Source: Eledone cirrhosa | Lineage: Eukaryota | Length of the DNA: 64,000 nucleotides | NCBI GenBank assembly: GCA_964016885.1 | Contig: OZ024740.1 | Location: forward strand, 12,028,001 to 12,092,000 | Reading direction: 5' to 3' | In this document: piece by piece, positions 1 through 13,121 of the stretch | How the letters are laid out: every line of letters starts with the position of its first letter | Numbering within the stretch: position 1 is the stretch's first letter | Notes under the pieces: model-generated | Told to the model about the DNA's origin: nothing | Seen by the model: the letters and a program-made list of their open reading frames with translations, nothing else | The model's database searches: none | Program-made: the position numbers and the translations under genes

Positions 1-648
1 TGAAATGAATATATACACTCTCTTTAATATATATACAAGGGGCGGTTCCCCAGCAGCCGGGTTGGCTGGGAACAGGTAAAAGAGTATGTATGTGTGTATA
101 TAATATATATAGATATATAAGCTTCAAGCACAGGCATCGCTTGATATGTGACATTTATTGCGATACATGGCTGGCCATAGGCAAGTTCTAGCAGGACTAA
201 AAACCCGCGTCCGTGATGCTGAAGTATCAAGCCATCATATACATATAAATATATATATACACACGTCCAACCCATGCTATCATAGAAAAGGAGGTATATA
301 AATGACGATGATGATATATATTCATACACACACAATATATATATATATATACACACACACACAGATACATAGACACACACTTGCAAAATAAAATGATTAG
401 TAAGAGAGAGCTTGATAGGATTAGTGCAAATAATACATCGCAGATAACACAACCACCATACTACTACCCCAACCATTACTGTCTCGATGCCACTACAATG
501 CAGTCAGGGTTGTTTTTTTTATTATTCTGCATCTGTTGCTAGCAACGATTGCAACCAGCAACTCTGCAAAATCTATCTGAGCTTACACACAGACACACAC
601 CAAGACGCCATTTTTAATTCCATCATCACCATAGTCATCAATATATAT

Positions 649-793
<145 letters not shown>

Positions 794-802
794 TGTATGT
801 GT

Positions 803-931
803 CTCGGGTTCAATCGGGAGTAACCACAGTAGGTGAAGTACTCAATACATTAGTAGAGTATATACAAAATCCAATACAGGGCTTTCCTGATGATTTCTTA
901 TGAAAGAAACAGTTCTAGTCCTGTAGAAGCC

Positions 932-935
<4 letters not shown>
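803..935 (+). mobile_element. Short dispersed element, probably Penelope-like derived, with a degenerate hammerhead-like core
   Basis: The head tcgggttcaatcggg...gtactcaatacattagtagagta recurs at ~2535-2660 (+), ~4583-4645 (-) and ~24771-24828 (+). It contains ctgatga-tttc(ttat)gaaa-gaaac...gtc and is flanked by microsatellites. Confidence 0.55.
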
Positions 936-994
<59 letters not shown>

Positions 995-1113
995 AGAACT
1001 GCCATGTTTACAAAAGGCACAATTACGAAAAAGCCAAAATATACACAGTGGATGCCGCTGCTTCTTCCTGTTAGTCACTAAGAAAAGCACTAACCCACCC
1101 ACCTTGTGTATAA

Positions 1114-1194
<81 letters not shown>

Positions 1195-1388
1195 GAGCCT
1201 ACTCAAATATGCAACATTCACTTGTTACTCCACCGCCACATCTACAATATATATTTGTTTACCATTGTTCCTACTTCAACATACAGACAGATGCAATACA
1301 CACTTTCACGAGACAATTCTCTAGATATCCTGTACATCTCAAAGACAATTCTACAGACATCCTGCCAACACCATGCGCACACACATAC

Positions 1389-1428
<40 letters not shown>

Positions 1429-1701
1429 CGAACAAAAATAAGCGTCAGTGGCATAATTTACTGTGTTGAGTGAAAAATTCAACGTTTCAGACATTGTCCT
1501 TCTTCGATAGAGAGGTTTCAATACCACGGTTGTTAGTTTCCTAAATGTGTATTTATATATATATATATGTAAATGTATATATATATATATATACAGGCAT
1601 GATATTTGGGTGTGTTATTTTGGTGACTGGTTGCATTTACTACTAGTCACCTCCCACACATTAGGGAAGGCTTAAGATGATACTCTCCATAGATATTTTA
1701 C

Positions 1702-1743
<42 letters not shown>

Positions 1744-1897
1744 CATGTAACAAATAAATGTTACGCGCTAGCAACAGACATTCCTTATGTGTGTGTGTGT
1801 ACCTTTATATCCGTGTGTGTGTATCTGTATGTGTGTGTATGTATGTAGAGACAATTATCATATAAGCCGTTAGTGATTTCGCTAATTAGATGAACTG

Positions 1898-1946
1898 TTA
1901 TGTTAGTCTCAGAAGAGGAGAATTAACAGCGTGTGCCATGTCCCAC
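1898..1946 (-). CDS. Candidate terminal coding exon (..WDMAHAVNSPLLRLT*) of an unidentified host gene
   Basis: Acceptor catcatctgtcag|G. Its phase-2 start matches the phase-2 end of the candidate exon at 5422-5488. No homology recognised. Confidence 0.2.
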
Positions 1947-2534
1947 CTGACAGATGATGATGATGTATGTGGAATGGAAAACATTGTCACACGGGACAAG
2001 AAGAAAATAGTGTGTGTTATTGCATTGTGGACGAGGAAATTTGTGCCGGAAGGCAATGGAAATTAAATTTGGAAACTGTCACAACATTCTTACCAACACC
2101 ATCAGTATATCATGCCACACTATTACTACAAGCAATGGAGCTGAACGTGGTGGGGAACATGTTTCAATATGTGGCCGACAATCTTTATAGATTTCACATA
2201 TTTAAACAATGTTTATAGAACAAAGGTTAATCATTTTGTACGGGATCACTTGCCCTGCTAAATGTAGCAGTCGAATTTCTTCAAATCACTGTCTTTTTTT
2301 TTAAGTCCTAAATATACAGAAAGACAGGAAGGTCATAACTGGAACGTCGTTGATAAGATCTACTCAATCAGCGGTGACTTGGGGCTATACCTTCACCACA
2401 ACATACCATTAATACTTACTACTACTCGATCTATAAATCTCAAACTACTACTAGACCAGACCACCACACCGATACTATTACTTCCACCACCACTGACCCT
2501 ACCAACCACCTTAGTGTGTATTTGTGAGAGAGAG

Positions 2535-2654
2535 TCGAGGGTTCAATCGGGGGTAACCACAGTAAGTAAAGTACTCAATGCATTAGTAGAGTATATACAA
2601 AATTTAATATAGAAATGGCTTTTACAGGACTAGAACTGTTTCTATATTAAAGTT

Positions 2655-2662
<8 letters not shown>
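2535..2662 (+). mobile_element. Second copy of the 803-935 family, rearranged into a small foldback
   Basis: Same head sequence. aaatggcttttacaggactagaactgtttc is the near reverse complement of ~905-935. tatacaaaatttaatatagaaa pairs with tttctatattaaagtttgtata. Confidence 0.6.
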
Positions 2663-2690
<28 letters not shown>

Positions 2691-2694
<4 letters not shown>

Positions 2695-3052
2695 CAAGGT
2701 TTAGCAAATAAGAAAAAGTTTCAAAATAAATTTTAAAAAATTCACTGTACTCACTATGGTTACCTTTACCGAATCGGTTTCGAGTCTCAAAAATAAAAGA
2801 ACCTTCTGACGAGAGTTTATCTTTTCAATGGAAGGCCGCAAGGACTGTCCATTTATTTTTGAGACTCGAAACCGATTCGGTAAAGGTAACCATAGTGAGT
2901 ACAGTGAATTTTTTAAAATTTATTTTGAAACTTTTTCTTATTTGCTAAACCTTGATTATATATGTTCTGGCTCGTTAATTTATTAACCTGCCATTTAACC
3001 ACATTGGCATATGGTTGGACAATACATGTGTCCCTAGACGCTTTTTGCGTGT

Positions 3053-3057
<5 letters not shown>
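2691..3057 (+). mobile_element. Foldback element in (TA)n: ~107-bp perfect inverted repeat plus unique tail (Penelope-like pseudo-LTR remnant)
   Basis: Arms 2691-2797 and 2852-2958 are reverse complements with a 54-nt loop. (TA)n lies on both sides and a hammerhead motif lies inside. Confidence 0.75.
2801..2887 (+). ncRNA. Type I hammerhead ribozyme
   Basis: Stem I ACCUU/AAGGU; core CUGACGA (2806-2812); stem II GAGU...ACUC with a long structured insert; GAAA (2868-2871); stem III CCG-AUU-CGG; GUA cleavage triplet (2880-2882). Confidence 0.8.
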
Positions 3058-3096
<39 letters not shown>

Positions 3097-3504
3097 CGAG
3101 GAAAAGCGCCGACCTTGAATATATAAGTTATATAGCCAAAATATGACGACAGGTTTTCACTGATGATAAACATTGAAAATGAAAGCTGGTTGATCGATGG
3201 CTTGTCACAAATAACATGTGTGGTCAGAACTGTCCAATTATATATGGGCTGTGATATGTAATATATATGCAGTGGTCAGTAAGAGGACAAATACGGTTTA
3301 TTGGCTTCAATACTACTCCAGCCACCTCACAATGATCTCATAATGGTTTTTCATGTATAATAATCGATCACCAATATCTCATACACACTGACACACAAAC
3401 TAGTATGTGTGTGTGTGTATATATTAAAACACATTTATGAAGTAATATATTAGCATATAGACGAATCATTATGCGTGTATGTACATATAATACACAAATA
3501 CGGG

Positions 3505-3535
<31 letters not shown>

Positions 3536-4405
3536 TCCCTTCTAAACATGTTGCTAGCACCAAGGCTAAGTTTGAACTGAAACACACTACCTTTAAATAT
3601 ATTAAATTATTAGTACTAATTATTAATACTATAACTAATTAGAAGTATAATACTAGTACTGTTGGGGGGGGGGGGTATATGGTTATTTTAGTGAGATTTA
3701 GGCGACAGTACAGAAGATGATGATGATGATTCTGTCAACGGTTTTAAATTTTAAGACGAAATTCTCTCTTCATAGAGAACATTTAAAACGTGGAACAGTA
3801 AAATAATACATGTATGTGTATGTATGTATATATGTATGTGTATGTATGTATGTGTGTGTATTAAGGCAAAATATATACGTCCATCGTTCATCATACAGGA
3901 CTATATCGTTGGAGCGTGGGTATATGTGTGTATATTGAAATCGAGGTATCTTACTTCAACCATTGTTGAACAATTTTAACAAATGTATATATAGCAAATT
4001 TCTGAAAGGATCGTAAAAAAATGAACTAATTAAGGATCTATCTTCGACTTTTGTGAGTTTATTTCCATTGTTCAATACACACATACATGTATTTATACAT
4101 ACAAACATATATGTGTGTATATACACATACATATAGTGACCAGCAGTATTATAAACCTATGAAATATCCATAGGTAAGTGTTAACATATTTAATGAGGGG
4201 GGGGGGGCTAATTAGAAATAATTATGTACTGAGGTAAAAAAAAAAAACCACGGAGAATGACTAATAATTCCACTTTTCCGGTAAATCTGCTAATATACAC
4301 ATATATATATATATATAAACAGCCTAACATAAATGATATATATGGTGATTTCATATGAATGAAACACCTCCAGTCCTGTAGAAGTCATTTCTATATTAAA
4401 TAATT

Positions 4406-4579
4406 GTTTCTACTTTTGGCACAAGGCCAGCAATTACCCAGTGTATTACTGGTACTTTATTTTATCGACCCCGTAAGGATGAAAGGCAAAGTTAACCTCG
4501 GCGGGATTTGAACTCAGAATGGAAAGGGCCGTAACTCTTTGCGTCAAAGCATGGCGTCCGACTCTCTACCGATACTGCC
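4406..4579 (-). mobile_element. tRNA-derived SINE inserted in a copy of the 803-935 family
   Basis: Minus strand has an A-box-like TGGCAGTATCGG and a B-box GAGTTCAAATCCC. The host element continues on both sides (~4340-4400 and ~4583-4645). Confidence 0.65.
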
Positions 4580-5117
4580 AATGTTACACTCTACTAATAT
4601 ATTGAGTACCTTTTCAACCGTGGCTACCCCCGATTTCACTCGGGATTCACACACACACACACACAAACATATACACATATATATATGTGTACACACACAA
4701 ACATACTCATACATACATGCACACATTCTTACTGATGACTGCAATGGTTTAATGTATGTTTTCAAGAAATACATATATATATAATACATTATATATATAA
4801 ATGGATGCCTTGTGTATAATCAGAATAGTGAAACATCGAGTGAGGAAACACTCAATACATATCGAGTAATACCTTAAGTGGGGGAACAATACATATCGAG
4901 TAATACCTTAAGTGAGGGAAACCCCTCCATTAACGGCAGTTTATATAAGTCTACTACAGATTTAATCACTTAAATCGTCTTTTGTGGGTTTAGTTCCAAG
5001 GTTTATTTTACATTTTGTTAGAGATCAGATTAAAAAAAGGGATGATTGGTGTTTATCACGTTCCGCTACATATTTGTGAAATGAATGAAATGAGGCAAAT
5101 GCAACTGTTAGAAACCC

Positions 5118-5415
5118 TGTGTGTGTCAGTGTGACTGTGTGTGTCAGTGTGACTGTGTGTGTCAGTGTGACTGTGTGTGTGTGTCACTGTGTGTGTCACT
5201 GTGTGTGTCACTGTGTGTCACTGTGTGTGTCACTGTGTGATTGACTGTGTGTCACTGTGTGTATGACTGTGTGTGTCACTGTGTGTGTGACTGTGTGTCA
5301 CTGTGTGTATGGCTGTGTGTGTCACTGTGTGTGTCACTGTGTGTATGACTGTGTGTGTCACTGTGTGACTGTGTGTGTCACTGTATGTATGACTGTCACT
5401 GTGTGTGTCACTGTG
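5118..5415. repeat. Minisatellite of tgtgtgtcac/tgtgtgac-type units
   Basis: Directly visible imperfect tandem units. Confidence 0.9.
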
Positions 5416-5421
5416 AGATAC

Positions 5422-5488
5422 TTGTATATACTCTGGAGCTTCCAGTAATTCCCGAATTTCAACCACACTCCCCACTTATTTCGCCACC
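5422..5488 (-). CDS. Candidate internal exon (..WRNKWGVWLKFGNYWKLQSIY..)
   Basis: 67-nt unique island between two minisatellites, bounded by AG|...|GTATCT, with one fully open frame (phase 1 in, phase 2 out). Splice signals are weak. Confidence 0.2.
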
Positions 5489-5509
5489 CTATTAATTGGT
5501 ACCCAAGAG

Positions 5510-5745
5510 TATGTTTGTGACAGATGTGTGTGTCTACTTGTGTATGTGACAGACAGATGTGTGTGACTGAGACAGATGTGTGTGTGCCTACTTGTGTATG
5601 TGTGACAGACAGATGTGTGTCTACTTGTGTATGTGTGACAGACAGATGTGTGTGTGTCTACTTGTGTATGTGTGACAGACAGATGTGTGTGTGTGTCTAC
5701 TTGTGTATGTGTGTGGCAGACATATGTGTGTGTCTACTGACTAAA
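5510..5745. repeat. ~35-bp minisatellite (gtctacttgtgtatgtgtgacagacagatgtgt)
   Basis: About 6 imperfect tandem copies. Confidence 0.85.
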
Positions 5746-7013
5746 TGTGTTGCTATGTGTTGTGTGTGTTTGTGTGTTTTGTAACTAAGTAGCTACAAGT
5801 GTGTTAGAATATATTTGCGTGTGTGTTGTGTGACCAAGTGTGTAACTAGCTACAAGTGTGTCTTGAAATCCTTGTGTGTCAGCCATTGCAGGCCCAACTT
5901 TACGTCATTCCGACAGCCGAGAGGAAGGCTGGGGTGACTGATGTCTCCCACTACAGCCTAAACACACACAACTACCGAAACAACACTAAACCACCTCCCT
6001 AGACACATAACCACCATCATCATCATCAGACATGCTAATTTAACCAACACACCAAGTTGGAGGAGAGATTGAAATATCAATCCAACGCCGGCGAGATTTG
6101 ATCTCAAGACCGGAGGTGGCACTTTGGTTATTTATCACATTACAAATAGAATCCAACACTATCTGATCCCTAGTAAATGGTTGTTTGTTTCAATTTGACA
6201 TGTAGTGTAAATAGCACCTTTAGTGTGGTGGACGAAGGTTTTTAAATATTGTCCATAATTGAAGTGAAAGATATGTCCAGTCACCTTCACAAGCCTCCGT
6301 AATCATATCACCATTATAACAATTATAATTAACAACCATCATTATAATGAAACATTGTAATTGACCAACACAAGCCAAAATGGGAGTTTACTTATGATGT
6401 CACTTAATCTATTAAAAAAAGGCAGCCAAATTTTCCTCAAATCACACCCTACAATTGTTTTGGTCAGATGAACTGTCATTTGACCTAAAAGAAATATTTA
6501 AATCGCCTTCAAATTACACCCCAGTCATGAGAGGAAAAACTGTCGTTTGACTTGCAAGAAATAGTAGCCAAAGTTTCCTGAAATCACCCCCCAGTCTTGA
6601 CCTGAAAACTAATTACCCCCTCAGTTATAGACATAGCATGACTGAAAGAAATATAGGATGGCCAGGAGTGGCTTTAACTAGAGGTCTACTGGATGTCAAG
6701 GGTAACCTAGGACTCCAAACAACCACTATCACCATTATTAGTGTCAAAACAACCAGAAATGGCATTGATAACAGTCAAGTTGTCATTAAAATATAACCTA
6801 CCATCTTAGAACAGAATAAGTTGAATAATGTCGTGTCTAGAAATAAAACGGATTGGTCATGGATGGAAAGACTTTTATAGGTCACGTCGATTGGAGTTGA
6901 TTGGGGACTTTAAAAAAATCAACCAAAATGGTTGAGTGACGTATCTACAAGTGATCATTAGACCTGCTAGAAATAGCAGCCAACACTCGTACTGTCTTAA
7001 AATGAATGCTACA

Positions 7014-7016
<3 letters not shown>

Positions 7017-7068
<52 letters not shown>

Positions 7069-7154
7069 ATGTAATCTATATATATATATATATATGTGTG
7101 TGTGAATATGTAATCTATATATATATATATATATATATGTGTGTGAATATGTAA

Positions 7155-7204
<50 letters not shown>

Positions 7205-7246
7205 AATATGTAATCTATATATATATATGTGTGTGTGAATATGTAA

Positions 7247-7310
<64 letters not shown>

Positions 7311-7321
7311 AATATGTAATC

Positions 7322-7355
<34 letters not shown>

Positions 7356-7472
7356 AATATGTAATCTATATATATATATATATATGTGTGTGTGTGAATA
7401 TGTAATCTATATATATATATATATATATATGTGTGTGAATATGTAATCTATATATATATATATATATATATA
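7017..7472. repeat. Compound repeat (TG)n-aatatgtaatc-(TA)n
   Basis: About 8 copies of gaatatgtaatcta separated by variable TA/TG runs. Confidence 0.95.
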
Positions 7473-7695
7473 TCCCTAGTTGAGGTATTAATAAAGTGAA
7501 AGTAAATAAAGTAAAATTTTAAGACAGTTCATAAAAAAGTGTTGATGGTCACGGCTGGAATTCCTTTGATCATGTTCTGCTCAATTATAGAATTTACCTG
7601 AAAAGCAGAAGAGAGGTGAGGGGCAAATAAACAACATTAATAACAACAATAATTAATTATCCATAGGTATTTGTGGTGGTTATTATTTCACTTAC

Positions 7696-7782
7696 CTTTC
7701 CAATATCGTAGTCTTCTGTTGGAATGATCTCTATAATATCGCTTTCTTCCAGTGTAGAAGCTTCCGTATCTCCAGCCTCCAT
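7696..7782 (-). CDS. Candidate first coding exon MEAGDTEASTLEESDIIEIIPTEDYDIGK of an unidentified host gene
   Basis: Good start context acaATGG, 29 open codons with protein-like composition, and a consensus donor AAG|GTAAGT. Embedded in non-repetitive sequence. Confidence 0.5.
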
Positions 7783-9009
7783 TGTAGTAATATATTTAAT
7801 ATCACACTACAGAATAAGACGGTGGAGCTGTGAGAAGACTCATCAACCGACCAGTTGCTGCCGTCCTTCATACAATATTTCAACAAATAATAACTTTTTC
7901 TCTAAATCTTTCTATAATATTCGACACAGGATGACGAGGAGGCAGTGGTACTGGCAATTTAGTAAATTGGTAATATATAGAAAAAAAAATTATCAAAACA
8001 TTTGCAAAAAATGAAAATTCACCACTGCTTCTTTCTTAATTACTATTAAAATTATAATTATTCCACGTTTCTCTGGGTTTTCGTCCTTTTTTCACTATTA
8101 TTTACTACGACTTTCCCTTCTCTTCTTCCTGCAGGGAATTTTTCCTTCTTTCATACACATATATAGGATCTATATATCTACATACATACAACAGACATAG
8201 TTATATAGACATATAGGTGACTAGTTATATATATATATGTGTGTGTGTGTGTGGAATCTAGCTGGTTTAGTGGTGATGTGAAATAATTCTTGCCAGAGGT
8301 TGAGAAGTTAATCGACGGCAGACCCTGCTGGCGGAAGAATGAAATGTGACAGTCGACATCATTAGGTTTTGGGGGGTTTTTTCCAAGACAAGAAACGGTT
8401 GGATTTGAGGGTAAGAATTCTGGGTTTATGGGATTTTTTTCCTTGGTGTGTGATACATCAATGCTTTGAGACAGGACACTAGACTTTATACAACCATTTT
8501 AAACAGAGAGATAGACATATATACATACACACAGCTACATGTATGTATGTATATGGATGGATGAGTTGTATAAAGATGACTGACTGCCTGTTGAAGTTGA
8601 AATAAAGAGGTAGGAAGAGGGGGTAGAGAAAAAGAGAGAGAGAAATATATAAAACAACTGAGGAAGGAGGAGAAGAAAGGGGAGATAACTGAGGTTATTA
8701 CAGCAAGCAGTGTGTTGAAGAGGAGAGGATGAGGCAGATGTACTAAACAAGCGAAAAACGAAGGGAGGGTGAAAAAGACATACAAAACAGGAAAAGGGGG
8801 AAAGAAGAGAGAGAAGGGTGAGGAATTGTTTTCATTAATATTCCATACAACCCGAGAGAAATATATTTTTGAAAATTGAATAACTTTGGTAAATATTACT
8901 CCAAGAAATGATGGTTCTCATTGAGAAGAGACAGATGAAAAAAATGTTTTGATAATTTTTGTTTTCTTAATTGGCCTGCTGCATACTAATGGCCTTTATA
9001 TAACAGGTG

Positions 9010-9095
9010 ACATGATCGGTATGAGGACCGGGAGCTTTTCTAACGCATGCGCACGAATGGCAAGTTGTTGCACACATGCGTGCTTGGGTGCAGGG
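9010..9095. promoter_or_regulatory. Possible promoter core with an NRF1/EWG-like motif
   Basis: CGCATGCGCA at ~9044-9053 and a second CATGCGTGC nearby, in a locally CpG-rich patch ~1.3 kb upstream of the candidate ATG. Confidence 0.3.
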
Positions 9096-10805
9096 AAAGA
9101 GAGACACTCAACAGGAGAGAGAGACAATAGTATGATAGAGAGGGAAGGAGTAATAGAGTCGGAGGGGGGGACAGAAATAAAGTAACAAAGAGAGAAAGAA
9201 TAAGTGATTGAGCGGGAAAATCGAAGAGTAAAGGGAAGCGTGGGAGGAAGCACAGTGAGAGAGGGTAGGAGGATAGAGTGAGAAGAGATAGTAGTAGTAG
9301 TAGTAAATGTAGAGAAAATGTGTTCAAATCCCAATATAGGAGAGCGTGGCTGTATTAGTTGCAGAGAAATGAGGAGGGAGAGAGTGTAAAATGTGTGAGC
9401 GAGTAGCAGATAGAAAGAAAATGGTAAATACTATGAGAGAGGGGTCATTATGAGAAAGAGATAAGTAAGGTGAGAGGAGAAAGGGAGTAAAGTGTATGAG
9501 AGGGTTAATTTAGATGATCAAAACAAGTGTGGAGAGAGAGAGCAATGAGTAAAGCGATAAAAAGGAAGAAAGTGTGAACCAGTGAAAAGAAAACAAGAGA
9601 GTGTGAGGGGGGAATAGATAAGAGACGTGTGTAAGATTTAATGTGAGAGAGAGAGGATAATAGTTGATGTGGAAGAGAGAGAAACAGTTGATGTGGAGTA
9701 GAGAGTAAAAGCTACTGTGGAAGAGAGAGAGAAAGAGTAAAAGCTAATGTGGAAGAGAGAGTAAAAGCTACTGTGGAAGAGAGAGAGAGAGTAACAGTTG
9801 ATGTGAAAGAGAGAGAGAGAGTAATGTAGAAAAGATAGAAAGGTTTAGAGGATAGTGCGGAGGATGTGTGACCGATTGTCACATTTGGTGGTGAATTGAT
9901 GGTCGTTTTCTTTAATCTTATATATTTCTGAAGTATGGTATATATTATTTGTCTATTTTCATTCTGTAAGAATTATAAATAATTTGTAATGTTATTCAAT
10001 TGTGAATAAAATGTGCTATTATACATTAGTAGAGTGAAAGAAAAAGGTAAAGATGTATAGCAGAAAGAAAGAGTGGCTGTTATACTTGATATGTGTAAAA
10101 CCCAGAGAAAAGAAATATGTATACAAGGTGTCCCAAAGATCTATACACACTTCAACAATATTCTAATAAATATTGCCTGTACAGGTAATCAAAGTGTGTA
10201 TATATTTTTAGGAGAGAGAGAGATAAAAACCATTATGATAACTGGCTGTGATTGTATAGTAGACAAGCCGAGACTTGATCTTATGTTTTAAACCATTTAT
10301 CTTTCTTACTCCTGTTTGTTTTATATCTAAGATATATCAGTCGTCTAGTGTATTTGTCTGGGCATGTATTGTTGACTCCATTCGGAAATAGTGTTGTTGT
10401 TGTTTAGTTCCATGTCAGCCCACATTAGGTCTGTGATGAAAGGTGTTCCAGCCGTGATCGTCATGTCTTTTATTCACACATAATGATCGTATTAAGTGCA
10501 TTATCTTATACGTCTTTCCCTTGTTTTTTTCCTTTTTTTTAAAGGTGGTACGATGTGATATACGACGGTGGGTTGAAAATTTCATAGGCTTACTATGAAG
10601 GAGTGATGCTAGTCCTGTGAAATCTTGCATTAATTTCAACTCTTCTTATTAATAACTGCATTGTTTTTTCCAGTGTCCCTGTTGAAAAATAAATCTCGTC
10701 TGGTCATTCCATTCGCAGAAGAAACTTGCCTCAAACAGGTGTTAATAACCTGAGAATAACATTAAAAGCTATGAAATATTAACATAGAACACTGAGAATA
10801 ACTTA

Positions 10806-10996
10806 CCGTATATATTCAAATATAAGCCAAGAAATATGTGACCAAAAATCGATGGTAGAAGGGGATCAGCTTATATTCAGGGGTCAATATTTTGACGATT
10901 TTCACCAACTTCAAATTCTACATCAATAAAGTTGGGATTTTTGCCCATTTCTCAGACATAAAATAGTGGTGTTGGCTTATATTAGACTATGTACGG
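10806..10996. mobile_element. Tc1/mariner-superfamily MITE (degenerate)
   Basis: TIR-like ends ccgtatatattcaaatataagcc ... ggcttatattagactatgtacgg, with TA on the left flank. Confidence 0.55.
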
Positions 10997-11199
10997 TTCT
11001 CAGAATATACTCCTATGGTACACTCTCATCAACAAAGGCACATTTAGTCAGCAGAAATTAAACATGAGCTTTGCAAAGCTTGGTCATCACCTAACACCTC
11101 AAAACCACAGACAACATAAACCCTACATGTAGCCATTATTTCCATGCTAGAATTGGTCCCATCAGCCATTTATGGCTACATAAAACTGAATCAATTGCA

Positions 11200-11408
11200 T
11201 AGCCAGATTACGTAGGTGTCACAACAAAAAGCACCCAGCCCACACTGTAAATATAGTTGGCATTAGGAAGGGCATCCAATCGTAGAAATCTAGCCAGAAA
11301 CAGTTCTATATGAGCAAGACAGGGTCACCTGACCCAACTTGCCTCTAATGGGACAACCTGTCTAACTCATGCTAGTGTGGAAAATGGATGTTAAACAATG
11401 ATGATGGT
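11200..11408 (+). mobile_element. SINE/RTE 3'-tail fragment
   Basis: cccacactgtaaa...aggaagggcatcc...gttaaacaatgatgat, homologous to 28120-28370. Confidence 0.7.
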
Positions 11409-11673
11409 ATTTATCTCAGAAGAGAAGACAGGATGGACATGGTTTTCAAGTCTCGTTATCTGATGACAAATGTACACTTGACACAATGATAGAATTATCA
11501 CATCTCCCATTACCTCATCAGTTGTACCATTACTGTCCTCTACAACCAGGTAATACCACGATGGTGACATACCTAATGACTGGTATGGTGGTATAATCAT
11601 TAATTGCTACAAAGGAAAAAGTGATATTCTAGAAAGTAGCAACTACAGAGGCATCAAACTGCTGGATCAAATT

Positions 11674-11930
11674 AGGAAAATAGAGGTGTGAGCCTCGCGA
11701 GATGGAATGGCTCTTCCAGCGTATCTCCCTTACCATCCTCCAGGGAAATGCCTTCTCCATTCTGTCCGCCGGGGTCATGGGGCCGCCAGCCCATGGGACC
11801 CCATTTGCTCATAATAGAGAGATATGGAGGCGATGACAGTGGGAGTTTGGCTCTTCTGTGTTCGGACCTGGTGTGCAGTGTCAATTGTCCGTAAGGAGGT
11901 AGTGTTTTATCTACTATTACCTAGGATATT
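11674..11930 (+). mobile_element. 3' fragment of a CRE-clade (RLE-type) non-LTR retrotransposon
   Basis: The frame from ~11690 reads EPREMEWLFQRISLTILQGNAFSILSAG, resembling the CRE C-terminal motif FQRxSxxxQRGNA. It interrupts the RTE fragment. Confidence 0.55.
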
Positions 11931-12080
11931 AATCTGCATTGCAAAAACAAGTATCTTCGACGACAAGAGAAGTTTCTAGATGTAAGCTTCTATATCAAGA
12001 TTATTTTGTTGATCTGGAGAAAGTCTTAAACAGAGTTGTCTGGTGTTCTGTAAGAAAACTAGATGCAGATGAGTGGCAAT

Positions 12081-12346
12081 CAGGGTTGAATTTAGACCTT
12101 GGAGGGCCATCATACACAAGAAATTAGAATACACAGCAACCCCCAACCCCCTAATTTTACATAAGTTAGCTTGGTGCAAGTAATAGGAATTGAAAAGTTA
12201 TAGATACAGGTGTTAAATTCAAAAATTCTAACCATCCTAAGACTAAAAAATCCTAAGGGCACAAATAAATGTCTACAGCCATCGATGGTGGGGCACCCCA
12301 TTGCAGGGGCACTTGCCCTCTTTGCTTCCCATTAAATCTGGCCCTG
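12081..12346. mobile_element. hAT-type MITE
   Basis: Perfect 8-bp TSD gtggcaat (12073-12080 and 12347-12354); imperfect TIRs cagggttgaatttag / ttaaatctggccctg. Confidence 0.8.
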
Positions 12347-12604
12347 GTGGCAATACAAGCCATATACAGAAGTGCTGTCAGCAAAGTAGGAGTAGGCAAT
12401 GAGTTTAGTGAATAATTCAATAAGTAGATAAAGGTTCACTTTTACTTCTTGTGCTGTTGTTGTTGTTACTACTCCGTTTTTGGTTGTTAGACTCAGGATT
12501 GCAGTTGGAACTACATATGCAACTACAATAACGACAACAATAACAGAAACAGCTACAACAGCAGCAATAATTAGAACAACTTCATATATTATACAACCAG
12601 CTAT

Positions 12605-12790
12605 AGCATCATCCCACTGTCATCACCTCCACTACAATTACCCCTACCACTACCACCATTACCTCCATCACCACCACCACTACCATCACTACCTCCACCA
12701 CCATCACATCCACTAGTACCATCACCTCCACTACCACCACCATCACCACTACAATCACCACCACCACCACTTTTAACATCATCATCTTTG
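12605..12790. repeat. Degenerate (CAC/CAT)n tract
   Basis: Directly visible. Confidence 0.85.
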
Positions 12791-13121
12791 TCAACATCAA
12801 TGACCAAAACAATATTTAAACTCTCATCAAATTTCCCTGTACAATCTTAATCTTAGGATTAAGATTAGTCTCAAGCCTGTATTTCAGATTAAGATGAGTC
12901 AGAAGCAAGGATTAACTTCAAAAGATGGAGTACAAATCTTAAAAGAAATTAGCAATAAAGGATCATTGCAAGTTATTGTTATTGTAGCTCTTATTGTTCA
13001 GCCCAAGGGCAACACTGATTGAGCTGTTCTATGACTGGAGACATTCCAACCATGACCAAATCATTTTTTCACTCGTATGTAAACTAAATTGAAGTTTTTT
13101 TTAATATATATTTTTATATAT

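Larger units (their letters stand above)
11540..12440 (+). pseudogene. Degenerate RTE LINE RT fragment interrupted by two insertions
   Basis: Translates in pieces to DIPNDWYGGIIINCYKGKSDILESSNYRGIKLLDQ, FVDLEK...WCSVRKLDADEW and AIQAIYRSAVSKV, colinear with the ORF at 25589-27970. Confidence 0.8.
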
